From assembly GCA_965662235.1 (NCBI GenBank), contig CBFIGY010000004.1, forward strand, positions 28,363 through 92,362: DNA of 64,000 bases. The letters are read 5' to 3'. A model generated the notes under the pieces. That model saw only the letters and a list, made by a program, of their open reading frames with translations, was not told the DNA's origin and made no database searches. The translations under genes and the position numbers were made by a program. Source of the stretch: an uncultured bacterium. Its GTDB lineage: Bacteria > SAR324 > NAC60-12. How positions within the stretch are numbered: the stretch's first letter is position 1; every line of letters starts with the position of its first letter. Below, in pieces: positions 10,113 to 19,548 of the stretch.

Positions 10113-11576
10113 ATGCTGCGTTTTTCCCCTTCCCGGACCCTGCTGGCGCTGGCGTTGAGCCTCCTGCTGGGGCTGGGAGGCTGCCTAGGAGTGTACTCGC
10201 CCGAGCAACTGGAGCCCCGACACGAGCATGTCCCTTCCAGCCTGCTGGCCGAAGTCCTCATGCACCTGGAAGCCGACTACTATCGCTGGCCCAAGCTTCA
10301 GCCGGAGCGGCTGCTGAAGGGCGCTGTGGAGCAGGTACAGGAGGAGCTTCCGGAACTGAAGTGGACGCTGCGTGCAGAAGGGAACACCCAAACGCTGGAG
10401 AGCAGCACCGAAGACTTTCGCCTCAAAACCGGACGCCTGCGCTCGCTGGAAGACCTGAATGACTTTCTGCAGGAGGTGGTGGGCCGCTATCAGCAGACTC
10501 AGACCGAAACGGAGTCACTGGAGCTGGCCTTGGCAACAGGTCTGGCGTCGGCGCTGGATCCACACACAGTGGTGTTTGCCTCCACAGAGTTTGAGGCCTT
10601 CCGGAACAGCGTCATTGGGCGGTATGCCGGAGTGGGCATTCTGGTCCGAGAACAGGACGGTGAGCTGCTTGTGGTGGACATCTTTCCGGGCTCTCCGGCG
10701 GAAAAAGCAGGGGTTCAGGCAGAGGACCGCATCCTCCGAGTGGACGGCGAGGCGGTGACTGCCGAAAGCGTAGGACGGATCTTAGAGGAACTGAAGGGCG
10801 AACCCGGAACGGTGCTGACCCTGACCCTGGAACGGACGGGCCTGGAGAAGGCACTGGTCCTGCAACTCCGGCGCGAGCTGGTGCAGGCGGACAGCCTCCA
10901 GATGAGCACGCTGGAGACTCCGGCAGGCGCGGTTCAGTTTGCCCACCTGGACACCTTTCAGCAAGGATCAGCACAGGAACTGGTGCGCAAGCTGGGAGAC
11001 CTCAAAGGCAGCCAGGCCGTGATCCTGGACCTGCGGGACAATCCCGGAGGACTGTTGGAAACGGCGGTGGAGATCAGTGACCTCTTTCTGCCTCCGGACC
11101 GGCTCATTGTTGAAGCGACCACGACCATTTCATCGCAGCAGCACCGTTCGCGGAACCTCTTCCTTCCGGAACGCTGGAACACCGTTCCGGTCGTGGTCCT
11201 AGTCAACCGCAACAGCGCCTCTGCTTCTGAAATCCTGGCCTCTGCGCTCCAGCAGCACCTTCGGGCGCTGGTGCTGGGCGAGAAGACCTATGGCAAGGGC
11301 ACCATTCAGTCCGCCTGGGCAACGGAGTCCGGAGCCGGCGTCAAGGTCACCATAGGGGAGTACCGGCTTCCTGACGGAACCTCGCTTCACGAAAAAGGAC
11401 TGCTTCCGGATGTGACGGTTGAGGAAAATCGAGATCCTGAGGCTGAGGCTCCTCCGCTTCAAGACCAACCTAGCGTGCAGCAGGCCCTCATCCTCTTGGA
11501 TGCCTTCGCCCAGCAACCTGAGCCCTGGCCTGCTTTTGTGAAGAGCCGCTCTCGGTTCCAGAAAACGGAGCTCTGA
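10113..11576 (+). CDS. S41 carboxyl-terminal protease with PDZ domain, probable lipoprotein
   Basis: LDPHT, PDZ (SPAEKAG), LDLRDNPGG, SASASE, TYGKGTIQ; lipobox LGGC. Confidence 0.92.
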   Translation: MLRFSPSRTLLALALSLLLGLGGCLGVYSPEQLEPRHEHVPSSLLAEVLMHLEADYYRWPKLQPERLLKGAVEQVQEELPELKWTLRAEGNTQTLESSTEDFRLKTGRLRSLEDLNDFLQEVVGRYQQTQTETESLELALATGLASALDPHTVVFASTEFEAFRNSVIGRYAGVGILVREQDGELLVVDIFPGSPAEKAGVQAEDRILRVDGEAVTAESVGRILEELKGEPGTVLTLTLERTGLEKALVLQLRRELVQADSLQMSTLETPAGAVQFAHLDTFQQGSAQELVRKLGDLKGSQAVILDLRDNPGGLLETAVEISDLFLPPDRLIVEATTTISSQQHRSRNLFLPERWNTVPVVVLVNRNSASASEILASALQQHLRALVLGEKTYGKGTIQSAWATESGAGVKVTIGEYRLPDGTSLHEKGLLPDVTVEENRDPEAEAPPLQDQPSVQQALILLDAFAQQPEPWPAFVKSRSRFQKTEL

Positions 11577-11679
11577 AGACGGCTTTGGTCGGAACCGGGG
11601 CCTCGGTGACGATCTGTCTGGAGCGGGAAGGGGCTGGTTCAGGACAGGCGCCTGCACCCGTGATGCGGCAAGCGAGGAA

Positions 11680-11701
11680 AGGCTCGTGCAGAGACGAGCC
11701 T
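11680..11701. terminator. Hairpin between convergent S41 protease and GH2 genes
   Basis: AGGCTCGT-gcagag-ACGAGCCT, 8-bp stem, only a short U tract. Confidence 0.45.
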
Positions 11702-11721
11702 AGATGGGCGGGAAGCGTCGG

Positions 11722-13446
11722 TTAAGCTGCGGGAGGCGTTTGCCGGAAGAGGGCGGCAATCCGCTCGAGGTCGAACTTGGGCTGACGGTGGTAGGTGTAG
11801 AGGCCGTTGCACTCCTGCTCCACATCTGTCAGCTGGGTGTAGCAGTACCCGACCACATGAGGTTGCTCAAGGAGCACCCGAATCAAGCCTTCCAACCGCT
11901 CATAGAATTCGGCAAGCGTCTGAGGCGCTTCTCCGTAGCCCCAAGAGCCTTCCGGAATGCCCTCCGTTTTCCAGAAAATCCCCCCGAACTCATCCACTAG
12001 ATAAGGCTGCCCTGCGTATTCCGGTTCCAGGTCCGGATAGTTGCGGAAACGGGGTTCTTGCTCCAGAAGGGCCTGAACCGCTTCGGGCTGCTGCTGGTAG
12101 CAGTGAACCGTCCAGAGGTCAGTTTTGACGTGCACCCAGCCGCTGGCATCATTGATGGGACGGGTGGGGTCGAGCTGCCGGGTGAGGGCATAGGCCTCTT
12201 CCGTAAAGCGACGCTGCTCCGCACTTCCTCCTTGAAACTGCGTCTCATTCAGCGGCGTCCAGGCCACAATCGAAGGGTGGTTCCGGACCTGTTCCACAAT
12301 GCCACGCCACTCGCTGAGGAAGTTTCGGGCCGCCAGGGGGTCCGTTTCCTCCAGTCCCCAGCTGGGTGCTTCCGCCCATGTGAGGTAGCCCAAGCGATCG
12401 GCCCAGTAGTGGTAACGGTCTTCAAAGACCTTCTGGTGCAAACGAGCGCCGTGGAAGCCAGCGGCCTGCCCCAGTTCAATGTCCCGACGCAGGTCATCGT
12501 CGCTGGGGGCGGTCCAGAGTCCTTCCGGAAAGTAGCCCTGGTCGAGCACGAGGCGCAGGTAAAGGGGTTCGTTGTTGAGAAACACCTTCCCGTCCTGCCA
12601 GTGAATCTTTCGCAAACCAGCGTAACCGGTCACGGTTTCCAGAGGAGCGCCATCAGGTCCGTGGAGGATCATTTCCCAATCGTAGAGAAAGGGATCGTCC
12701 GGAGACCAGGACCGTGGTTCAGGAACGGTGAGCGAGACCGGGAGTCCGGATTGCAGCGGCGCCTGAGTCTCGGCCAGTAGGCGTCCGTTGTCGAACAAGC
12801 GGTACTGCACTGTGGCGCCCTGAGGGGTTTCCCAGAAGCGGGGGATCCAGTGAAACTGGTTGGTGTCCCAATCCGGAAGGACCTGAACGGTTTCGAGGCC
12901 ACAGGAAGCCACGGGCTCCAGCCAGACGGTTTGCCAGATGCCGGTCACCCGTGTGTAGTAGCACCCATGCGAGTGCCACTTGAGGCTCTGTTTGCCGCAG
13001 GGCTGTTGACGGGTCCGGGGGTGATCCTCGACCTGCACAACTAGGTGCTGAGGCGTGTTGAAGCGGACCTGTGGGGTGAGGTCCACGGTGAAGCCCACGC
13101 TGCCGCCCCAGTGCTCCGCCACCCGTTCGCCATCAAGGTAGACCACGCAACGGTAGTCCACTCCGCCGAAGTTGAGGTGAATGCGGGAGCCTTCCCAGGA
13201 CTCGGGAACCTCCAGCGTTCGGTGGTACCACAGCGACGGAATGAAGTCGGTGTAGCCCACTCCGGAGAGGGGGCTTTCAGGGCAGAACGGAACCTGAATT
13301 GTCCGGTCGAACCCATGCGACTGGGCCCACCCCTGTTCAGATCCGGATCCGGCAAAGTCAAAGGCAAAGGTCCACTCGCCATTCAGGCAGAGCCAGCGGG
13401 AGCGACGCAGTTGGGGACGTGGGTATTCAGGGCGAGGAAGGGACAT
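11722..13446 (-). CDS. Glycoside hydrolase family 2 (beta-galactosidase/glucuronidase-like)
   Basis: PRPEYPRPQL, LNGEW, TGIWQTVWLE, LDQGY, RLHQK, NHPSIVAWTPLNE, VDEFGG, YTQLTDVEQE. Confidence 0.93.
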   Translation of the reverse strand: MSLPRPEYPRPQLRRSRWLCLNGEWTFAFDFAGSGSEQGWAQSHGFDRTIQVPFCPESPLSGVGYTDFIPSLWYHRTLEVPESWEGSRIHLNFGGVDYRCVVYLDGERVAEHWGGSVGFTVDLTPQVRFNTPQHLVVQVEDHPRTRQQPCGKQSLKWHSHGCYYTRVTGIWQTVWLEPVASCGLETVQVLPDWDTNQFHWIPRFWETPQGATVQYRLFDNGRLLAETQAPLQSGLPVSLTVPEPRSWSPDDPFLYDWEMILHGPDGAPLETVTGYAGLRKIHWQDGKVFLNNEPLYLRLVLDQGYFPEGLWTAPSDDDLRRDIELGQAAGFHGARLHQKVFEDRYHYWADRLGYLTWAEAPSWGLEETDPLAARNFLSEWRGIVEQVRNHPSIVAWTPLNETQFQGGSAEQRRFTEEAYALTRQLDPTRPINDASGWVHVKTDLWTVHCYQQQPEAVQALLEQEPRFRNYPDLEPEYAGQPYLVDEFGGIFWKTEGIPEGSWGYGEAPQTLAEFYERLEGLIRVLLEQPHVVGYCYTQLTDVEQECNGLYTYHRQPKFDLERIAALFRQTPPAA

Positions 13447-13502
13447 AAGGCCAAGGAAGCAGAAGGAGGTCCTGGCCCCGTGAGGAGCCAGGAGAGACAG
13501 GG

Positions 13503-14798
13503 TTAGCGGAGGAGGCGCTGCACTTCCGCTTCAGCATCGGCGAGGGCGCTGTCGACGGACTTGCCGGTGAGCCAGATGGCCTGCAGCTCGCGGTTGAGGA
13601 CGTCCTGAATGGCGCCGTACTTGCGGGCGGGCGGGACGTCACGAGCCAGCTGACCGGTGTGGGCGTACTCGCTGCGGTGCGGCAGCTGAGCGTATTCCGG
13701 GCTCTGCAGAACCGACTTGCGGACCGCCATGTGTCCCGTCCGGGCCCAGTCGATGTTGTGGGCGTTGATCCAGCCCATCAGCTCCAGGGACGCCTGGAAC
13801 TTGTCGGCATCCTGGCTCTTCAGAGACGCAGGAATGGCCCACATGTGCGAATCGGCCCAGGTGGCACCGGTGCTGAAGAGGGTGGGGAAGTCGGCAACGT
13901 AGTAGTTCCCCAGGGCGACTTCCGGCTTGGCAGCTTCTGCTGTGTAGAAGTCCACAACCCAGGTGCCGTTGACGAGCACAGCGGCGTCCCCGTTGAGGAA
14001 GGACTGCTGCGAGTCCGCATAGTTGAGCTTGGGGTTGGCGTAGCTTTGATCAAACAGTGCGGTGATGGCCTTGATGGCCTTCTGGGCTTCCGGCGTGTTG
14101 ATCGTGGCCTGCTTGCCGTCGAAGACGTTGCTGTTCTGCTGCCAGAGCAGCGCCAGCACCAAGCGGACCCCAATGGGGAATTCGGCAAAGTCGGCGGCCA
14201 GGTAGTTCTTCCCGGTGGCAGCCTTCACCTTCTGAGCATGCTCCAGCATCTCCTGAGGGCTGGAAGGCAGCATGGGGGTGCCGTCCGGATGAATCAGACC
14301 CGCTTTTTTGAAGAGGTCCATGTTGATGTGCCAGAGGTTCGCATGGAAGTCCAGGGGCACTCCATAGATCTGGTTGTTGTAGCTGACCGCCTCGCGTGCT
14401 GAGTCGGACCAGTCGTTGACGTCAATGCCCACGGACTTCAGCTCTGCAGGCGTGAGGGCCGCAATGGCGCCCAGGCCGGCAAATTCCGGAATGCGGTGCC
14501 GGTGCATGACGTGGATGTCCGGTGGGTTGCCGCCGGCATAGCTGGCCTTGATCTGATCGTAGTAGTTCCCCCAGTCCGTGGGCAGCGTATTCACGGAGAT
14601 GTTGGACTTTTCTGCGTCAAAGGCGTTGATGATCGTTTGGATGATGCAGGCCTCTCCTACCGCTTCCGAAATGTTGGTGCCGGCACCTTCACAGGCGCCA
14701 AAGAAGCGACCCAGCGTGATTTCGGTTTGAGCGGAGGCAGAGGACAGAGGGGCCAGACCGAGCAGGCAGACGGCACCCCAGCGAAGCAGGTTTTTCAT
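13503..14798 (-). CDS. Carbohydrate ABC transporter substrate-binding protein
   Basis: Signal peptide; GNPPDI, YGVPLD and NGTW motifs typical of CUT1 binding proteins. Confidence 0.92.
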   Translation of the reverse strand: MKNLLRWGAVCLLGLAPLSSASAQTEITLGRFFGACEGAGTNISEAVGEACIIQTIINAFDAEKSNISVNTLPTDWGNYYDQIKASYAGGNPPDIHVMHRHRIPEFAGLGAIAALTPAELKSVGIDVNDWSDSAREAVSYNNQIYGVPLDFHANLWHINMDLFKKAGLIHPDGTPMLPSSPQEMLEHAQKVKAATGKNYLAADFAEFPIGVRLVLALLWQQNSNVFDGKQATINTPEAQKAIKAITALFDQSYANPKLNYADSQQSFLNGDAAVLVNGTWVVDFYTAEAAKPEVALGNYYVADFPTLFSTGATWADSHMWAIPASLKSQDADKFQASLELMGWINAHNIDWARTGHMAVRKSVLQSPEYAQLPHRSEYAHTGQLARDVPPARKYGAIQDVLNRELQAIWLTGKSVDSALADAEAEVQRLLR

Positions 14799-14880
14799 AG
14801 TTCACTCCCGTAGTGAAGTTTCATGAAGAGGGGGAAGGAAGCTCCTGGGCGGGAAAACCGCAGGACGTACACAATCGGCA

Positions 14881-15720
14881 TCATTTGCTTCCTCCCAAGG
14901 CAATGCCGCGCACGATGAAGCGTTGAAAGGCAATGAACAGAACAATGACGGGCAGGCTGGCAAAGACCCCGGACGCCATGATGCGTCCCAGTCCTTCCGA
15001 CTGCGCAAAGTTGCTCTGCAGGCTCGCGAGTCCGAGCGTAATGGTAAACATCTCCTTGCGCTGAGCAGAAACCAGCGGCCAGAGGTAATCGTTCCAGGCG
15101 TAAAGAAAGGTCAGGATGGCAAGCGTGGTCAACGCCGGCCACGAGAGCGGAAGCATGATGCGGGTGAAGATGGTCCACCGGTTGGCTCCGTCCAGCTGCG
15201 CGGCCTCTTCCACCTCATCCGGAATCCCCCGGAAGAACTGAGTCATGAGGAACACCCCAATTGGCACAGCGAGGCGGGGGGTGATCAGGGCAAAGTAGGT
15301 GTTGTGCAGCTTCCAGTCGGCAAACTGCGTGTAGAGCGGAATGAAAACCGCCTGCTCCGGAATCACCAACCCGGCGACAATCAACGCATACACCGCTGCC
15401 CGTCCCTTGAAGGGAATCCGGGCGAGGGCGTATCCCGCCGTGGAGGAGAGGATCAACACCAGCACGGTCATGCTGCCGGCAACAATGAAGCTGTTGAGGA
15501 ACCAGCGGGGCGTGAGCCCGTAGCTCAGCAGGCGGACGTAGTTCTCTCCGGTAAAGGGCACCGGAATCAGGCCAAAGGCAAAGTTGGACGTGGTACGAGC
15601 CAGGAGGTCGTTTGGTTGAAACGACAGCGACAGCATCCACAGCGTGGGCACCAGCCAGAGGAACGCCAGGGCGCCGAGGAAGGAGCTGAGCAGCAGATAA
15701 TGGCGACGGGCGTGGCTCAT
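14881..15720 (-). CDS. Carbohydrate ABC transporter permease (MalG-like)
   Basis: FLNS, AGYALAR, EAA loop EEAAQLDGA, WNDYLWPL. Confidence 0.95.
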   Translation of the reverse strand: MSHARRHYLLLSSFLGALAFLWLVPTLWMLSLSFQPNDLLARTTSNFAFGLIPVPFTGENYVRLLSYGLTPRWFLNSFIVAGSMTVLVLILSSTAGYALARIPFKGRAAVYALIVAGLVIPEQAVFIPLYTQFADWKLHNTYFALITPRLAVPIGVFLMTQFFRGIPDEVEEAAQLDGANRWTIFTRIMLPLSWPALTTLAILTFLYAWNDYLWPLVSAQRKEMFTITLGLASLQSNFAQSEGLGRIMASGVFASLPVIVLFIAFQRFIVRGIALGGSK

Positions 15721-16631
15721 CAGTCCTCCTTGTTCAGGCGCAGTTGCAGCACGGAAAACCCGAGCATCAGGAGGAACAGAACCATGGCCAGCGCTGAAGC
15801 GTAGCCCAGTTCAGAGTCCCGGAAGGCTGTTTGGTAGATGTAGCGGACCAGCACCTGAGTCTGATCGTTGGGGCCCCCGCGGGTGATCAGGTGCGACTGC
15901 CCAAAGACCTGGAAGTGGAGGATGATCTCAAAGATCACGACCAAGGTGGTGGTCCGTCGGATGCCCGGAAGCGTGATGTGCCAGAGCAGCCTCCAACGGC
16001 TCGCACCGTCCAGACGCGCCGCTTCGTAGCGTTCCTGAGGAATCTCCTGCAGTCCCGCCAGAAAGAGGATCATTGCAAACCCAATGGACCACCAGACCGT
16101 CACCAGGACCAGCGACAGCATGGCGCGATCCGGAGACGTGACCCAGTCCAGCGGTTCTGCCCCAAAGGCCTCAAAAACCTGACCAATCAGGCCCTGCTGT
16201 GGGCTGTAGAGCAACTGCCAGATCAAGGTCACCACCGTGACCGAAAGGACCTGAGAGAGAAAGAACAGCGTCCGCAGCACGCTCATCATCCGGGTCTCCC
16301 GGTTGAGTGCCACCGCAATCAGCAGCCCAACGATCGTGATGGTCGGAACCGTTAGGAAGACAAACTCAAGGGTGTTGAGGACGATTTCCCCAAAGCGCCG
16401 GTCGTAGGTGAAGAGGTCGGTGTAGTTGGCAAAGCCCAGCCAGGTCTTCGCGTCTGGATTGAACGCCACCTCCAGCAGGTTCCAGGAGTGGAAGCTGATC
16501 CAGATTCCCTTCAAGAACGGATAGAGCAGGAACACCCCATAAACCACCAGAAACGGCAGCACGAAGGCATAGCCCTCCACGGTGTCCCGGTGCCGGGTCC
16601 AGAAACGGGAAGGTGTGGAAGAGGGGGCCAT
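15720..16631 (-). CDS. Carbohydrate ABC transporter permease (MalF-like)
   Basis: GFANY, LAGLQEIP..YEAARLDGA, TRGGP; ATG 16631 preferred over TTG 16658. Confidence 0.94.
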   Translation of the reverse strand: MAPSSTPSRFWTRHRDTVEGYAFVLPFLVVYGVFLLYPFLKGIWISFHSWNLLEVAFNPDAKTWLGFANYTDLFTYDRRFGEIVLNTLEFVFLTVPTITIVGLLIAVALNRETRMMSVLRTLFFLSQVLSVTVVTLIWQLLYSPQQGLIGQVFEAFGAEPLDWVTSPDRAMLSLVLVTVWWSIGFAMILFLAGLQEIPQERYEAARLDGASRWRLLWHITLPGIRRTTTLVVIFEIILHFQVFGQSHLITRGGPNDQTQVLVRYIYQTAFRDSELGYASALAMVLFLLMLGFSVLQLRLNKED

Positions 16632-16659
16632 GGAGCGCTGAGAATCGACGTTTTTCAAT

Positions 16660-16682
16660 TATTTGCTAATTATTAGCAAATA
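16660..16682. promoter_or_regulatory. 23-bp palindrome, probable repressor operator
   Basis: TATTTGCTAAT-T-ATTAGCAAATA (perfect 11-bp arms) between divergent ABC operon and LacI gene; second imperfect inverted repeat at 16698-16725. Confidence 0.7.
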
Positions 16683-16748
16683 TTAGTAAATAGTTATTAC
16701 TTGAGTCTGATTTGAGATTCAAGTAGAAATTTCACTTCAATCACTTTC

Positions 16749-17768
16749 ATGAGGCAAAAAACAGGAATGACTGAAGAGAAGCGCCGATTAACGATGCAGG
16801 ACGTGGCACACGAAGCGGGGGTCTCCCAGTCCACGGTCTCCTTTGTTCTGAACGGAGTGGAGGGGGTCCGGATTGCTGAAGCGACTCGGCAGCGGGTGCT
16901 GGAGGTGGCCGACCGGATGGGATACGCCCGACGGGCCGGAGGTCCGCATCAGAAGGGCCAGCGTCACTCGTGGATTGGGATGCTGGTCGATGAGATCATG
17001 ACGAGTCCGTTCACAGCGCTTTCCATTGAAGGCGCGCAGGAGGCCGCGTGGGAGCATGGACGCCTGCTGGTTTCGGCCAAGACCGGAGGCGACGCCGACC
17101 GCGAGGAGGCCACGCTGGAACACTGGAAGGCCATGCAGGTGGAAGGCGTGATCTACGCCTCCATCCTCACACGGCAGGTGACGCTGCCTCCTGCGCTGGA
17201 AGGCTTGCCAACGGTGCTGCTGAACTGTTATGAGGAGCCCCAGCGTTTTCCGGCAGTGGTGCCTTCTGAGGTGATGGGAGGATTTGCGGCGACTGAGGCG
17301 CTGATCCAGGCGGGGCACCGGCGGATTGCCTTCATCAATGGGGAACCCTGGATGGAAGCCGCCCGAGACCGCTGTTCCGGATACCGGCAGGCGCTGGCGA
17401 CTTACGACATTCCCTACCAGCCGGACTTCTCGCGCAACGGAAACTTTCTCCCCAGCGGAGGATACGAGGCCACGCGTCAGCTCCTCTCGCTCAAGGTGCG
17501 GCCGACGGCGATCTTCTGTGCCAACGACCTGATGGCGCTGGGGTGCTACGAGGCACTGAAGGAAGCAGGGTTGCAGATTCCGCAGGAGGTGGCGGTCATG
17601 GGGTACGATGATCAGGAGGTGGCCCAGCACCTGGCTCCGGCACTCTCCACAGTGCTGCTGCCGCATCTGGAGATGGGACGCTGGGCAGTGGAACAGCTGA
17701 TGCTCGGCGCCCGGACCCCCAGCAAGATCAAACTGGAGTGCCCAGTGGTGATGCGGCATTCCATCTGA
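16749..17768 (+). CDS. LacI-family transcriptional regulator
   Basis: HTH TMQDVAHEAGVSQSTVSFVLN; GHRRIAFI, PTAIFCANDLMALG, VMGYDD. Confidence 0.96.
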   Translation: MRQKTGMTEEKRRLTMQDVAHEAGVSQSTVSFVLNGVEGVRIAEATRQRVLEVADRMGYARRAGGPHQKGQRHSWIGMLVDEIMTSPFTALSIEGAQEAAWEHGRLLVSAKTGGDADREEATLEHWKAMQVEGVIYASILTRQVTLPPALEGLPTVLLNCYEEPQRFPAVVPSEVMGGFAATEALIQAGHRRIAFINGEPWMEAARDRCSGYRQALATYDIPYQPDFSRNGNFLPSGGYEATRQLLSLKVRPTAIFCANDLMALGCYEALKEAGLQIPQEVAVMGYDDQEVAQHLAPALSTVLLPHLEMGRWAVEQLMLGARTPSKIKLECPVVMRHSI

Positions 17769-17933
17769 ACGGAGCCGGTCGCGAAACTCGTTGCCGTTGA
17801 AACGAAACTTTACTTGTACTTGCTGCAGAGTCCGGACAGACTGCAAGGAGTCTGAGGTTCTTGCCTGTCGAGCAGCGTTCGCCCAAAGGATGCGAGCGGT
17901 GCGACTCCTTCAACATCTCATGAGACAAGTGCC

Positions 17934-18191
17934 ATGCAGTTCATTGAATTAGAGGAAATCTGGGAGGTCAATCCGGCAGAGGTCATGGCCAAGCGTCCCA
18001 ACCGCAACGCCACTGAGCACCAGGTGTGGGCCGTGTACTGCGCAAAAGGTGCCCGTGACCACTGTACGGACGTGAAGGCGTCCATGCCGTTTCTGTTGGA
18101 AGAAACCGGGCTGGACGAGGAGACGATCCGGGAGGTCCTGCAGGTCTGGGCGAACCTCGGCGCCGCCTTCCGTAAGGGCAAGCTCCCATGA
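17934..18191 (+). CDS. Small hypothetical protein (85 aa), possible C-terminal winged HTH
   Basis: ATG start, ATGA overlap with next gene, coding-like codon usage. Confidence 0.7.
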   Translation: MQFIELEEIWEVNPAEVMAKRPNRNATEHQVWAVYCAKGARDHCTDVKASMPFLLEETGLDEETIREVLQVWANLGAAFRKGKLP

Positions 18192-18745
18192 GCGAAACAG
18201 CGATCTGGACGCTGGGGGACCGGCATCCGGAACTGCATGAGTCGGTCTTTGTGGCCCCCGGCGCACACGTCATCGGGGGCGTCCGGATGGGCGCACAGTC
18301 GTCCGTCTGGTTCAACACCGTGCTACGGGGCGACACCGAGTGGATCACCATCGGAGAGGGAACGAATCTGCAGGACCTCTCAATGGGGCATGCGGATCCG
18401 GGAACCCCTCTGATTCTCGGAGACCGGGTCACGGTGGGGCACCGATGCATCATGCACGGTTGTGTGGTGGAAGACGATTGCCTGATTGGAATGGGAGCGG
18501 TTGTCATGAATGGCGCCCGGATTGGGCGTGGCAGCATTGTGGGGGCAGGCGCCGTGGTGCTGGAAAACACCGTCATCCCGCCGTTTTCCTTGGTTGTCGG
18601 ATCGCCTGGACAGGTCCGCAAGACCTATGACGAACGCATTCTTGAGCGCAACCGGCTGGTCGCTCAGGTTTACATCGACCGCGCTGCTGCCTATCCGGAT
18701 CTGCTGCAGCCGGCTCCTGCCCCGTCCCTTCCTCAGCTGGCCTGA
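18188..18745 (+). CDS. Gamma carbonic anhydrase family (YrdA/PaaY-like)
   Basis: SVWFNTVLRGD, NLQD, VTVGH, HGC, hexapeptide repeats. Confidence 0.95.
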   Translation: MSETAIWTLGDRHPELHESVFVAPGAHVIGGVRMGAQSSVWFNTVLRGDTEWITIGEGTNLQDLSMGHADPGTPLILGDRVTVGHRCIMHGCVVEDDCLIGMGAVVMNGARIGRGSIVGAGAVVLENTVIPPFSLVVGSPGQVRKTYDERILERNRLVAQVYIDRAAAYPDLLQPAPAPSLPQLA

Positions 18746-19548
18746 GGCCACTCCCCTTCTGGTCCTTCGGCAGGCACCTGCCGACTCAGCACTTCCCGAA
18801 TGAGGGCGCCTGTGGCATTGGGCTGATCCAACGGAAAGAGGTGCCCGGCGGCGATGGGAACCTGCTCAAAGTGAGGAAGCGTGTGCTGCCACCACCGCAG
18901 GTCCCGAGCCGTTAGGAGTGCTGGCGCCGTGGCATGAATTAGGGTGCCTCGCAGTTCCCGGACGCCCTTGGGCAGACGCGCAGGAAGGGTCCGGAAGATC
19001 TGCACCTCCACTTCCCGGGGAATCGTCAGCGTGACCCCGGCGGCCTCTTCCCGGAGGCCGTGCTCCACGTAAAGCTGCAGCGCGCGCTCAGAGAAGTGCT
19101 TGAAGAGCCCCCGCCCCCGAAAGTAATCCAACGCCTCTTCCCGAGAAGCAAAGCGTTCCCGGCGGGTCCGGGACTTCCACGCCGGAGTGAAGCGGTCTCC
19201 GAGCCGGACCTTCTGCAGGCCGCTGTGCAGCTCCCGTTTCCAACGAGCCAGCAGGGGCGGATCAAGTGCAATCAGGGAGGTGAACAGGTCCGGACGCTTG
19301 GCTGCAGCCATCAGCGTGACCACCCCTCCCAAAGAGTGCCCGATGCCGATGAGGGGACGTTTCAGCGGCTCCAGCACCTCCAGCAACTCGTCAGCAAAGC
19401 GTTCCCAGCGAATTTCCTCCACCCGGTGCCCGTCTCCCATGCACGGAAGCGCCTGCACCTCCCAGGGCGCGAGCGCGTCAAACAGCTCGGTGTAACACGG
19501 TCCCGGGAAACCGTTGGCATGGGCAAAGACGAGGAGGGGCGCAGTCAT
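18733..19548 (-). CDS. Alpha/beta hydrolase
   Basis: HANGF, GHSLGG nucleophile elbow, GHLFPL. Confidence 0.9.
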   Translation of the reverse strand: MTAPLLVFAHANGFPGPCYTELFDALAPWEVQALPCMGDGHRVEEIRWERFADELLEVLEPLKRPLIGIGHSLGGVVTLMAAAKRPDLFTSLIALDPPLLARWKRELHSGLQKVRLGDRFTPAWKSRTRRERFASREEALDYFRGRGLFKHFSERALQLYVEHGLREEAAGVTLTIPREVEVQIFRTLPARLPKGVRELRGTLIHATAPALLTARDLRWWQHTLPHFEQVPIAAGHLFPLDQPNATGALIREVLSRQVPAEGPEGEWPQAS

